From Mizuhopecten yessoensis (Eukaryota): a DNA stretch of 64,000 bases. Below, one piece after another: positions 1 to 11,794 of this stretch (positions are counted from its first letter, which is position 1; each line of letters opens with the position of its first letter). Where the stretch lies: contig NW_018408465.1 of assembly GCF_002113885.1 (NCBI RefSeq), positions 3,371,898 to 3,435,897 on the forward strand. Reading direction: 5' to 3'. The position numbers and the translations under genes were made by a program. The notes under the pieces are model-generated. The model saw nothing but the letters and a program-made list of their open reading frames with translations, made no database searches and was not told the DNA's origin.

Positions 1-542
1 AAACTGATTTTCACCATCTGACCTCCAAAGTTGGTTTAGGTCACTCATTCAAATCCCACACTTTGTACCAAATCATAACATGAAGCTACTGGTCAAACAT
101 CATGACCTCTTGGTGATTCTGAAGAAGTCATTTAAAGTAGAAAGTTGTCACCGGACGGACACTGCACCATGGCATAAGCTCACTTGGCCTTTCAGGTTAA
201 CAATATAAATCATCTCTATGAAAGGGAGACAATCTCAGAACATGGGCAATATTACATGTCCAAAACTCACTATCATATAACACACTTGTTTTGGACAATC
301 ATCCCAAATGTTGACATTTCTTTCTCTTCATTAAATCAGAATTGTGTGACGACTTTCTCTGACTTTCCCTCAGATTTGGATGTGGATAAACAAAATTTCA
401 GTAAGAAAAAGCACAATTTATCTTTTATCATAATTTTTATATAGTTATTTTGTCCAACCATGGATCATGTGAAAGAAAAAATGTCATTGTAAAACTGATA
501 AAATCGTTGTATAAACTCAAACGACATCATAGTCAACACTAC

Positions 543-685
543 CTGATGCTGAGGAGACGGAATCTGTCTTGGAGGTCATGTTGGCAGTTCTCTGTAGTTC
601 CTTGGATGTCCCACCGTAGGTAGCAGACTGCTGTCGGAGCTGTTGAACCAGTTTGAGTGATAGTGACCGACCAGTTCCCTCATAT
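543..685 (-). CDS. NAT10: NAT10 coding exon 12
   Basis: YEGTGRSLSLKLVQQLRQQSATYGGTSKELQRTANMTSKTDSVSSAS. Confidence 0.93.
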
Positions 686-3600
686 CTATGGCAACAAAAC
701 TGATTCAGTACATTTCCGCGACAACAAAATTGTGAATATTAACATATCCATGACAACAAACTCTTAATGACATTTGCATGACAACAAAACTTCAATCAAT
801 GAGGAGTACAAATGATGTTGTATACTTTTTACCACAGAGAACAATGCTTTATTAAGGTAGACATATAAACAGCTTACCCATTGACTGTAGACGACATGAA
901 AACCAAGTAGGGTCCTAGGAGATTTTTTACTAACGGCAGAGGGATGGCTGCAGCTTCATCAATACACACCAGCTCTGCCTGTCCCAACTTATGGGAATCT
1001 CCTGGGTGTATATACTGTAAAATAGAATCATACATCGTGTAGATAGACCAACCTCACTTACTAGATTAATATTATATCCAGTCAGTATAACCACAGGGAC
1101 ATTTTTTATTTTTTCATTCTGGGTCATAGGAACGTGTCAAGTCCCTGTGAGTATAACTCTCCATAAACAAATAACTAGCGACCATGTACTGTACTTCAGT
1201 ACACATATATTGACATCGTTCTCCTATGAAGGTTTGAGAAGATGGGGTACTAATCTTACATGGATCTTTATTAAGAAGTCACAGTAAAACGATGTGTTTG
1301 GTAATGGTGATGTCACAATCGATGCTGAGCTAATATCTGGTCAGCACTACTGACAGAATTTAGACTTTATTATGTCGTGTGATCTATGTGGACCAATATA
1401 GCGTAACAGGATTCTAGACAGATAAGTTAAAAAGATGTTAAATGTTCTTTTTCCACGAACAGTAGAACATGTATTGACACTTTGTTTCTGTATTGACTTG
1501 ATACATCTGTCTAGCTAAAGGTATTAGTGACCTAATGAATACGCTGCATGAGGATAGATCACAAAAGAATAAGACTGTCAGCAGTGGAACAATTTGATGT
1601 TCACTCATCCGCCAGTTACAAGTGGCTCGACAGTAACAGAATTACCAAGTACTTGCTTTTGGTGCGGAAGTCAACTTGTTATCAGAGGCCGAAACTATCG
1701 CTCCATAGTTGGGTCAATATTGGATTGTAAAGATCATTCTGTTGTTTAAACCCCCCTCCCCTATCACTTCTGTTAATGCTGTTTTTTTAGTTTGTTATTC
1801 AGTTGTACTGTTGTCGGTTATATGTATTTATATATCTAGTTTTAGCATGGTCTTACTAGTGATGATTGTACTTACTGAGGACGGGTGGACTTCCCCACGT
1901 TTACGTCTGGTATCTTACCTGAACTGTTTGCCTATGTTCCCTGAAGATGTTCACTCGTACAATAGCTTTGTTGAACTCAGGATTTGTAGACTGGATTATC
2001 TCATAATCTAAGTGCTCCTGTAAATTTGGAAAACAAAAAAATCATGACAAGTAACATGCAGCATTTAATACATGTTAAGTCATAACTGGTCGTGTCTGTA
2101 ATTACACTCTATCTTGTTCTTATCAAATGCCTGTTGATTTGTAAAATACTAGCTTTCTATATATGGGTAACTCACCTGGTACTCTAGAGCATCAAATCCC
2201 TTGAAAATAAATTCAAATACGGTCTTCAGATTTTCTGGACTTGGAGCGGTGACAAATATATTTGAATACCTACAAAATGAATAACAATATTAATTAACAA
2301 ATTAAAAACACAAATAAATAAATAAAAGTATTAATTAGTGAATAAAAAATAAAACAGTTTCATTAATAATATTTTCTATGCCTTTTTTATACAGAGCTAT
2401 GTTTTGATATTCGATTCAAACATACCTGCACCCACTTATAACTTGAGTGAGGTCAGAAAAAATTTAAAGGTATTTTTGCATTCAACTTTAATGAATTTGA
2501 ATAAGTTTGAACTAGATTACCAGGTATATTGAGATAGTTAATTCTGATAAGTCAATTCAAGCAAAGTTTATATGAAGTCAGTACATGGTTAAAACAAGCT
2601 TTTACTTCAGGGTGGTCAGGTGGCATAGTGGATAACATACTTGTCTGTCACCAAGACAGCCAGGGTTTTATTCCTGGATCGGATTGAAAATTGTACGGGT
2701 CTCCTACCCTACCAATTAGCAAGGAATGTATCTAGCCAACCAATTGCTTGCTGACACTAGTAAAGGTTATTCTAGAGAGAGAAATTAGAGCCGTATCAAG
2801 TCGAAGATAAAACCTTTACCCGAATCCTACAGCAGTGGCTATAGCTAGTCCCAGGGCTGCTGACTTTCCCCGTCCTCTTGCTGCAGTCATTACAACTGTG
2901 CTCCGCAACGTCTTTTCAGAAATGGCTTCAACAAACGTCAATAAAGCCTTTCCCTGTGAAACAAAGTCATTTAACAACATTGATGCTTTCATGATTCTTT
3001 TTTTATAAACATCTTTGTAATTAATCACACTCAACAATCAGTAAAAGAATAAACAAACCTGTTTAATTAAATGTGACAAAAATATCTTGAGTTATGAATG
3101 TTTAATACACTTATAAAGAGAAATCCATTTTCAATACAGTCATAATATATATTTTGGAAAATCAGTTGTTAAATCTTCTAGAGTGTCTGAATTTATCATC
3201 ATCCATACTTAGTCAAAGCCATAACACATATACTGTTGAGTTTGTGATATGTCTGATTGACAGGTTAACTTGACTGGTTAATCTTTTGGCATCGAGGGGA
3301 TATTGAGGATGTAATGAGGGTGCCTCACCTGGTCAAGTGTTTTACATGTGTTGATGAGTGCTCCCACAGGCTGTGTGTCCTGTAGCGACTCCTTAAGGGT
3401 CCGTAACTCCTGCAGTTCTGGGGACAACTCATCCTCCTGTATAAGAAACAAGGTCACAGGCATCAAGATCCCCCACCGAGGGAGTTTTAAAAAAGATTTA
3501 GCAAAATTGAGGGCTGGTGTTAAAGTGAGTTTGTATTTCAGTTTTACTGCAATTCATTTTAATCTAAATTGCCGACCTCCAACTTTGTCTCTGACTTGTG

Positions 3601-6600
3601 TGTTATGGAATTAAACTTTGGACAAAGAATTTCAATATAATTCTGCAGTGAAAATATCCTACAAACTTTAAACACTATTAACAAAAACAAGAATTCTACA
3701 GGAGTGAATGTGTTGACTGCTCAGCGCTTTTAGCGTTAACAAGCAAAAATTAACTGCTAAAACGATGAACAGCGTTGCTATGTCAAGTGTGATATGCCAA
3801 AACGCGGAAAGTTGAAACTCAACAGAAAAACACGTAATATATGTTGAACATTAGTACTTCAAGCATTATCGTAAAATAATTGATCAAAAAAATAAAAAAA
3901 GTTCTTGCATTTACTACACAATGCCCTAATTTGGCAATAAAAGGGGCATAACTCCACTAAAAATGCATGTAAACTTCCGAAATGCATGCAAACTCGTCCG
4001 AGCTATATTGGTATGAAATATGAGTACCATGTTTGAATTCAATCAACCAAAGGGAATTAAAGTTATCACACGGAAACCTTGTTTCGGACGAAGTAACTGA
4101 CGACGACGACAAAGTAATTCCTATATGTCGCTGAAGCGACACAAAAAGTATTATTCTGAGAATGTTACTTGATTCTTAACCTAATTTTGCTTTTGATTAC
4201 AAGTAAGTGTTTTGATTGACTTTTGTTTGTTTGACCACTTCGCACTGAAGTAGTATATGCACGTGTGCCTAGCTAGTCTTCATTTGATGTCACTGACAAT
4301 ATGTACAGTTTTGTAATAGTATCCTGTCTGGTTGTGATGCTGTAGTGCTGAAATAAAATTGTTGACATGCAAACTTGTCAGAGGTAACATGGAATTGAAT
4401 GAAAACTTCCAATCGGAGGCGAGTTTTTGATTACGCCAACATGGACCCTATGTTGTCTGCGAGACGATATTTCTTTAGACTTAGATGGTACGGGCTGTGT
4501 CTGTGATAGGACAGTTATTTAGACTTACCAGTGAATTAGATGGTACGAGCTGTATGTTGTCTGTGAGACGACAGTTATTTAGACTCACCAGTGACTTAGA
4601 TGGTACGGGCTGTGTCTGTGAGAGGACAGTTATTTAGACTTACCAGTGAATTAGATGGTACAGGCTGTGTCTGTGAGAGGACAGTTATTTAGACTCACCA
4701 GTGACTTAGATGGTACAGACGGTGTCTGTGAGAGGACAGTTATTTAGACTTACTAGTGACTTAGATGGTGCAGGCTGTGTCTGTGAGAGGACAGTTATTT
4801 AGACTTACCAGTGACTTAGATAGTACGGGCTGTGTCTGTGAGAGGACAGTTATTTAGACTCACCAGTGACTTAGATGGTACGGGCTGTATGTTGACTATG
4901 TGAGACGAGAGTGGGAGAAGATTAAACTGGTCGTCTATCACCATACAGTTCTTACAGGACATCATCGACAGTAGAAACCTGACAAATTAAAACAGTGAAC
5001 AATAGATAAAGTCCAACTCTACATAATTTCTGCAGCATTTATATAATTATCTTCATATTTTCAAATTTCAACTGTTTATTAGAATGTTAGTTTATATGAG
5101 ATGAAGATTTCCTGGATGATTTTTAATTTAGAAATTAAGAAGTGTACTGGATAAATTTGGTAATAATTTATTTCACTCCCATTCCAAGGACTGAACCCCT
5201 TGCTCTTCAAATTATCGATGGTGAAGAATATATTAATAATGAACTCAAATCTAATGTACAAACCATTATTCATCACCATTTTCTCTGTAGACTATGCCTG
5301 TGAGATTTATTATGTTAATCCAACATATTTAGTTATTATCTAATTATACAAGGGACATTAGATGTATTCATTTTCCAGTGAAAAAAACAGTAGAAATAAA
5401 CTTGAAATCAGGAGGATTGATGGAGCAAGCTTTCTTTCCTTTATAAAAAAGAAAAAGAAGGTTTTCAAAATTAACAGGAAAGCAACTTTTTCCCAACTTA
5501 ACAGATTTGGATTACAAAAATGCCATTTTTATGATCATGATATATTTGATAAGCATCTGTAGACAGCAAACCTTTCATTGAATCTGCCAACAACATCCTG
5601 GTGCGACTCAGTTCTGTATCTTGCGTGGACATCCTGAAATATTTAACAATACATATAAAAACTTCAAAATCTTGAAAAAAAATCCTGCAAGCTATTATTC
5701 TTGGTTCTGATTTCAAACAATTAGGACAAAAAAATACTTTCAATGCTGTACTACAATGATGGAATAAATAGTAAATACAGATTTGGCTTCCAGGTAGAGT
5801 AATACTTCGACACTAGAAACTTTAACCCTTTCAACACTGTAGACCATAATGGACTCATCCATATCAATGCATGGTAGAGTCTACTAAAGTTACATAGTGG
5901 TGAAAGGGTTAAGGGGACATTCATGTATAATTCTGTATCATAAACGTATCTGTTGTGCCATTATTAAAACATTGACTAGAAATACATTTAACAAAATACA
6001 GTTACTTCATCCCTTTTCATGAAACAGTCAAAATGATATCCTCAAACCCAGGGAACTATTTCTTGTGGCAAAATACAGAGGAAAACAGCTCTCTTGGTTG
6101 ACCAAAACATTACTTGGGGATATGATTCCAATTGCCTTGACATGAAAAGGACTGAAATAACTTAATTCCTGGACTCATGTTTTCCCCTCCGAGACTAATC
6201 AACATTTCAAATTTATGTTAAAGACTTGCCCAAAATATTTATACAAAAACAGTGATTTTTCAAAAATCAAAATTTGGTTATCTGCAAGTTTCGAGTCACA
6301 GAAGTATGTTATGTACAAAGTTGCTATCATGAAGATGCTTGGAGTAAATTTGCTTCTAGGGTAATGGTGAATTCTCTTATCCTTAGTTGTCGTGCTTTAC
6401 TTCCTGGAGTTTACATATGAATAATTTCATAGGGGGTATACAAGCAGAGATTACTGTACCATTGTCATTGTGTAGAGCTTCTTGAGAGATTTCATGGTCC
6501 GTAGAAGGATGACAATAGCCCCTCCCCCTTCCACCGTCTCCACAGTCCTGGCCAGCAGGTTGGGAGTGAGAGCTTCAAAGTCCTGCAAAGTAACAATTTC

Positions 6601-9390
6601 TATCAGTTCAACAGGTAATACTAGGGTCTGTACTAGGAACATGACCAGGGCTGTGTACTAAACCACCAAGGAGGAATCACAATATTGTCAAACATTGGTT
6701 CTTATTGTTGGGACAAAAAACTTCTTAATAAACATGGTACATTTATGATTGATGTTTGTGATTTGTCATCGCCTGGATAACCAAACTACTCTGTAGTGAA
6801 GCGGCGTAATACCACTCAAACAAACAAACGTGAGTTAAAGTGCATATAAATTTGTAGATATAGAGGATCTCAAAACTAGTTCCCAATATAATGAACTTTA
6901 AGTGAGTTTCCTAGACAGATGGAATGGAATTAAGTTTGAGATTTGGTTATCATATTCTGAACCAAAGCATATATATTTGTGCCAATTTGAACACATTTTA
7001 ACTTGAAAAGTTAAAGGGAAAATAGTCAAACACCACCATTTCTGTTTGTGTGCCATGATTTTGTCATGTTATTGTATTGTTCCTTGTGACATAATACAAA
7101 CTGTTAGTGTAGCAGCCCGAGATTGTAATGGTGTTATTACACTATACAGCACCAGGGTTTATAATAAAACTGCTAAGACAACTCTAACAGTAACAGATTA
7201 TTTGTGATATCAGACAATATGATAATGAGGTTGGATTCTATTTGAATTAGTATCATGTTCAATTCTGTTTATCAAGAATTTCAAATTTCAATTTTTTTTT
7301 ACTAAATTGTTTAAAACACAACCCAAAGAAGTAAAATTAAGAAAGAAAATGGCATGGGGTCCTGAGAGCAGACTAGTGACAAACTCCAACACAAACACCT
7401 GAAGAAGTCTTCCTGTGAATTACCTGTAATATACACATCCCGTACGTGCTACCCAGTATCTTGTGTGTCTCATTGTAGTAACAGTAGCGGATGTTTGTCG
7501 AGGATACAAACAGCTCAAACGGATCGTCCTCCTTCACATCTAGTTTACCGCTCCGGATCTTCCTCTGTATCTGTTTCATTCTCTTTTTTCTGTGACTAAA
7601 ACAAATACATGATACTGCTAACTTCACATCTTGAATACAATGTATATTGAATACAAAGAATTTTAGAAAACACAACTCGTACACATTTTACACCTTTGTG
7701 TGCATACGCTTCACTGGCCATTTGTCTGATGAAGCTATATCGTACTAGTCATTGGAAAGTCACATAAAAAATGTTATTAGTTGTGTAAAAAGAACTTCGT
7801 TGTTAACCAGTCCTCAGTAGGAGGATCAATCCCTTAATTTGACAGAACTTAACAAAACTCCTCCAAAATACTTGGTCATACACCTTTGTGTGCATACGCT
7901 TCACTGGTCATTTGTCTGATGAAGGTGACAGTGTACATACTGTACTAGTCATCAAATCACATAGAACATTTTATTAGTTGTGTAAAAAGAACTTTTCATA
8001 ATCCATACTTACCAACCTGAAGAAAATGTTTAGAGACAAAGAAAACATATGATAAGGCTATACCCAAGATTAACTCATCCCTACATGTATCCCTTAAAAA
8101 CAAGTACTGGTAGTTAAAATCATAGATCTGAATCATATCCATCATCTAGAACGCAAGTCCAGGACTCAAAATGGTTCACGACTGTTTTGAATACTTTGTT
8201 TAAGATGAAATTTGACAAAAGAAAATTATTTACAAAATCATGTTTATATTTTATTGGTGATTAAGCAAATATCTAAAATTAAGCTCACCCAGGGCTTGTC
8301 AATAAGTGTAGGTCGATAGTCTGACACAAGTGAAATTGGGTTAGCGGAATTTGCACAAGGCTAGTGAAATTGGAAACTACTAGCCTAACTGATTAGTGGT
8401 TTTAAAATTTAATATAATAAAATCATTTCTAGCCCTGTCACACCTTTGTTCACATGGTTTTACAGATCTGTAGACATATTTGAAAATAACAATTCATGTG
8501 TATAAATTGATTTAAATTTGGGGGAAAAGTTCTGTAATCATTCTACCTCTATCCCCCCACTCCCTACCAGACTCATCTTGGGCAAATAGGGCAAGTATTA
8601 CTAGGTAGTTGCCCTATACCAACCTGCTAAATCCTAGTTCTTTCTTGTAGCACCATAGAACAGTTGGTCGGGTCTTAACTACTGCCTTGGACAGCATGTG
8701 GTGAAGGATAACAATCTAGGATAGATTAAAACAACAGTGATGTGTAACATTATCAACAGTCTAAAATAAACAACACATATCAAATGTAATGGGATCTTAT
8801 TAATGGACCAAGATAAAGAAATACATGAAGACAGTCAGATGTAACTTTTGTATACGATTGAAGAATATATCAACAAAATCCATCATCAGTGATGTTTGTT
8901 TTGATTTTTTTTTTTACAAGACAAGACAAAACATATATGACATTGTTCATAAGTATACATCATCGGTGATTTGATCTTATGTATAGTCTGAGATAAATAA
9001 AGAAATACATTAGTGATGTGATTTAAAATTACAGTAACAGTACTAACTGTTTGATACAAAAAAGGCTTCATTTTACAATGAAAAAAGTCTCTTGAATGAA
9101 ACTGTGTTACAGTGTGTACCAAATAACTATTTTTGAACTATGAAAAATATATCTATCAACATTGTCCAAGCTCATTATAACAAACATTTTTGAGTCAGAA
9201 TCAATTTCAAGACATTTATATCTTCAACATATTTTTCAAAACTTGGTGTTTTCTGTGACAAGAACTGTAGCTACATCAGTACCTGGTCTCGGCCATGATC
9301 ACCGACAACCACAAACATGGAGCGATGCTTCTCCGCCACTCCATTTTCTATTAGGATCCTTAAGCGATTGTCAATCTTTTTTCTCACCAT
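543..9390 (-). CDS. NAT10: RNA cytidine acetyltransferase NAT10 (Kre33), 5' part; 12 coding exons, continues beyond the left edge
   Basis: Exons 9283-9390, 8624-8715, 7424-7595, 6460-6582, 5572-5633, 4864-4978, 3329-3436, 2820-2953, 2176-2269, 1919-2017, 878-1014 and 543-685 all have GT-AG boundaries and splice in frame (~462 codons). Translation includes MVRKKIDNRLRILIENG, QDFEALTPNLLARTVETVEGGG, Walker A TAARGRGKSAALG, IDEAAAIPLP and STVNGYEGTGRSLSLKL. Confidence 0.97.
878..1014 (-). CDS. NAT10: NAT10 coding exon 11
   Basis: YIHPGDSHKLGQAELVCIDEAAAIPLPLVKNLLGPYLVFMSSTVNG. Confidence 0.95.
1919..2017 (-). CDS. NAT10: NAT10 coding exon 10
   Basis: EHLDYEIIQSTNPEFNKAIVRVNIFREHRQTVQ. Confidence 0.95.
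2176..2269 (-). CDS. NAT10: NAT10 coding exon 9
   Basis: YSNIFVTAPSPENLKTVFEFIFKGFDALEYQ. Confidence 0.95.
2612..2725 (+). mobile_element. tRNA-derived SINE head (truncated)
   Basis: A-box TGGCATAGTGG and B-box-like GGTTTTATTCC; resembles the head of the minus-strand copy at 60681-60859. Confidence 0.6.
2820..2953 (-). CDS. NAT10: NAT10 coding exon 8 (helicase Walker A)
   Basis: GKALLTFVEAISEKTLRSTVVMTAARGRGKSAALGLAIATAVGFG. Confidence 0.96.
3329..3436 (-). CDS. NAT10: NAT10 coding exon 7
   Basis: EDELSPELQELRTLKESLQDTQPVGALINTCKTLDQ. Confidence 0.95.
3686..4148 (+). mobile_element. Non-autonomous Helitron/Helentron-type (HINE-like) interspersed repeat
   Basis: AACAAG start, AAAGGGGCATAACTC core, (GAC)n microsatellite, 3' stem-loop TGTCGCTGAAGCGACA plus A-run; ~3770-3960 recurs as reverse complement at ~31340-31530. 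Similar remnants at 1-196, 19575-19815, 36255-36790 and 52620-53065. Confidence 0.6.
4450..4900. repeat. 55-bp tandem repeat derived from the NAT10 exon 6/intron junction (~8 units)
   Basis: Unit GTGACTTAGATGGTACGGGCTGTGTCTGTGAGAGGACAGTTATTTAGACT(C/T)ACCA, continuous with the exon end. Confidence 0.93.
4864..4978 (-). CDS. NAT10: NAT10 coding exon 6
   Basis: FLLSMMSCKNCMVIDDQFNLLPLSSHIVNIQPVPSKSL; donor GTGAGT. Confidence 0.92.
5572..5633 (-). CDS. NAT10: NAT10 coding exon 5
   Basis: DVHARYRTESHQDVVGRFNER; not in the ORF track. Confidence 0.93.
5822..5912 (+). mobile_element. piggyBac-like MITE family A (83 bp plus TTAA TSD), copy 1 of 7
   Basis: TTAA-CCCTTTCA...TGAAAGGG-TTAA; other copies at 34343-34433(-), 40537-40627(-), 41527-41617(-), 44034-44124(+), 51095-51185(+), 51788-51878(+). 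Confidence 0.88.
6460..6582 (-). CDS. NAT10: NAT10 coding exon 4
   Basis: DFEALTPNLLARTVETVEGGGAIVILLRTMKSLKKLYTMTM. Confidence 0.95.
7424..7595 (-). CDS. NAT10: NAT10 coding exon 3
   Basis: HRKKRMKQIQRKIRSGKLDVKEDDPFELFVSSTNIRYCYYNETHKILGSTYGMCILQ. Confidence 0.95.
8624..8715 (-). CDS. NAT10: NAT10 coding exon 2
   Basis: IVILHHMLSKAVVKTRPTVLWCYKKELGFSS; AG/GT flanks. Confidence 0.95.
9283..9390 (-). CDS. NAT10: NAT10 first coding exon
   Basis: MVRKKIDNRLRILIENGVAEKHRSMFVVVGDHGRDQ; ATG at 9390, GT donor. Confidence 0.95.
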
Positions 9391-10542
9391 TCTGTTGATT
9401 CAACTACAAGATAAAAGTGTGAATAATGAACACAAACAAAATGTGCATGTGTATACATGAAGATGTTTTATAAGAAGAAAACAATTTCAGACCTCTTTAC
9501 CATTGCTTCTGCCCTGTCAACATGAGACACCCATCAAATAGTACATCACATTTTTACGCATGTGATGGTCAAACTGAAAGGTATTATCTATATATGGCAA
9601 GTGTTAGTACATGTATCAACTTATAAGGCGTTACCTACATGTCTGATGCCCTTATATACAAACCAGGTACTCACCACCATCTTCTTGGGTAGAGACTGGG
9701 TGGCCTGGATAGGAAGTAATGGTGGAGCAGATGCCTCGACCATGAATTCTCGATTCAGAATTTTAAATTGACATCACAAAATAAAAATATTTAAAACAAA
9801 ACTGTAAATAAACTTTATTATCATTCTGCAAGTATCAAAAGATTTGAAGTATTTTAGAAATGTCTTATCGCAAAATATCTCATCTATAGACAGTAAAAAC
9901 ACCTGTCACCATGCAATACTGTTGGTATTGGCGACAGCTGTTTAAAACTCTAGGGACCCATGATTTAATCGCTTTAAACTTGTACATGAGAGTTTTAGTA
10001 TCATAAATACTGAACAAATTGTGAGGAATTTCTTAACTTGAACAGGATTTCAATTGTATGATAGCTCGGCTCTTTTGTGGGATATCTGTCAGACAGAAAT
10101 TAAGACATAACGGCAAGATGTCCTGCTGAGCAAGAGTTCAATGACATCATTGGTCATCTTCGGTATCTCCCTACCAAACTTGGAGATTTGTTTTAGAAGG
10201 AGGACCCAAACGGTTGATCTCCTAATGGCTGATCACTGGATAATATGCAGGTCCCTTGTGAATTTGTCATGAGATCATCAGGGTTTTGTAAATATATTTT
10301 TACCCCTGACTTTAGTCAATAGAAGATGCGTTTTGCCACATGTGCAGAACATCATCTCCTCTAAAAATCTGCAAGTGTGCTCCAACCACGGTGTCAAGAT
10401 CTAATCATTTCAAAAAGAAATAAAAACGAGATAATTTCACAGCTACTGTTATTATACAAATTTGAGAACTCAATGACATATTACAGAACATGTTGTATGC
10501 TTGACCACCATATCTGTTTGGTTCTAACTGAAGATGAAACAT

Positions 10543-10650
10543 CGACTTACCAGCAAAACTGTAAACACAACACTTCATACACGTGCTTCCGGTTTTAGGA
10601 GGAAATATAATAAACAAAACAATCAATAATTAAAATTCCGGAAACGCATA
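10543..10650 (-). promoter_or_regulatory. Probable NAT10 promoter and non-coding first exon
   Basis: Minus-strand donor GTAAGT at 10543-10548; E-box CACGTG (10580-10585) abutting ETS core CTTCCGG (10586-10592); second TTCCGGAA at ~10636. Confidence 0.55.
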
Positions 10651-11507
10651 TATATTTATCATACAATTGAATACATTTAAAGCGTTCATGCATAAGGTGT
10701 TTTAAAATAGTGTTTACTTCAAAACGGCACTTCTTACATGAAACACACAAAACTGCATATATAATATATTATATAAATTAATTTTTCTATTCATGTATTT
10801 CTCTTGCAATAATAATTGCTGCGAAGTTATTTCTTGAACAATTTTGACGCTGTTTTCGGTATAAATCAAAGAACTAAATGTAGTTTCTCCTGACAATTTA
10901 ATTATCAAATGTGGATCACAGAAGTTTATAATGGTGTTCAATTCACTGCGATTTGCAAATGGGGCGGTGTAAATTAGGTTTTTTTTTTTTATATTTTTGC
11001 GAATCTAATTTAAAACCTCGTTATGATGTCTCCATTAAAATAAATTTTGTTTCTCAAAATTTGGCACAATATAGAGCTAGATGGGTTGTTACGAAGGTCA
11101 GTTATAAAGAAAGAAAACGGTGATGAACAAGGGGACCAAACTGAGCGGAATGAGAACATTACATCGAAGTGATATTGTCTACTATTTCAGTAACAAACAA
11201 ACAGAAGAGAAAGATCGAATATATTTTATTGTTCACAACAGATAAACATGTATAGCAATTGAATATAAACCTGAAATCCGGAACAGACACAAAATGACAT
11301 TTTAATGGAAAACTGCTATGAAGAAAGATAAACACTATACGTACGGTTGTGAGAAACGAGCGCAATATATAATCATCCTCAGCGTTAAACCGCTGGGACT
11401 TTTGTGACTCGGGAGTATTTCGAATGATGAGGACAGTTAACGAACTTCCGTTAGAAATCGGTATATTCAATACATTGTCAAAAAATGTGAACTTAAGTTA
11501 TTTTACT

Positions 11508-11794
11508 TGTCATCCTAGTAGAATACTAGCCACTTCCTACCGACTCAACTAGGAAGAATTTCTCTCTAGCTCATTCGATAGAGTGTAAGACCAGTAAGCC
11601 ACAGGTTCCGGGTTCGACTCCTAGCGGAGACATTGTAAACAATAATAACCTCTGTTACATTGGTGCCCACGTAGGGACCCGGGAGATACGACAGAAATAC
11701 TCGGCGATGCTTGCAAAGGAATTGCTATGACCCCTGGAAAACTCGGGGCGAGTTCTTTTCTGGAGGGGAGTGTGTCACCCTGGTTAAATACTAG
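11508..11794 (+). mobile_element. Miniature LTR retroelement (TRIM) with tRNA-like sequence inside the LTR; second LTR truncated
   Basis: LTR1 TGTCA...TTACA (11508-11659) with A-box TAGCTCATTCGATAGAG and B-box GGTTCGACTCC; PBS TGGTGCCCACGTAGGGAC at 11661; PPT GGAGGGGAG at 11762-11770; LTR2 start TGTCACCCTGGTTAAATACTAG resembles LTR1 start TGTCATCCTAGTAGAATACTAG. Confidence 0.75.

Noticed and set aside
1570-1640. Twister-ribozyme-like GCCA-GTTACAAG-TGGC hairpin
   Set aside because: Lacks the GA before the T1 strand and a consistent P1/P2 arrangement.
686-10540. Intronic SNORD13/U13-like guide snoRNA hosted by NAT10
   Set aside because: I looked for the 18S helix-45 antisense element (GTCGTAACAAGG on +) with C/D boxes. 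Only a weak partial match at ~1401 with no boxes; the remaining NAT10 introns lie outside the window.
11070-11470. Possible degenerate Crypton/tyrosine-recombinase fragment (ELDGLL...KKENGDE)
   Set aside because: Similarity too short and interrupted to support without a tBLASTn/HMM search.
11561-11631. Bona fide tRNA gene (also the heads at 2612, 35918 and 60859)
   Set aside because: Anticodon and acceptor stems do not pair properly; all are embedded in repeat bodies.
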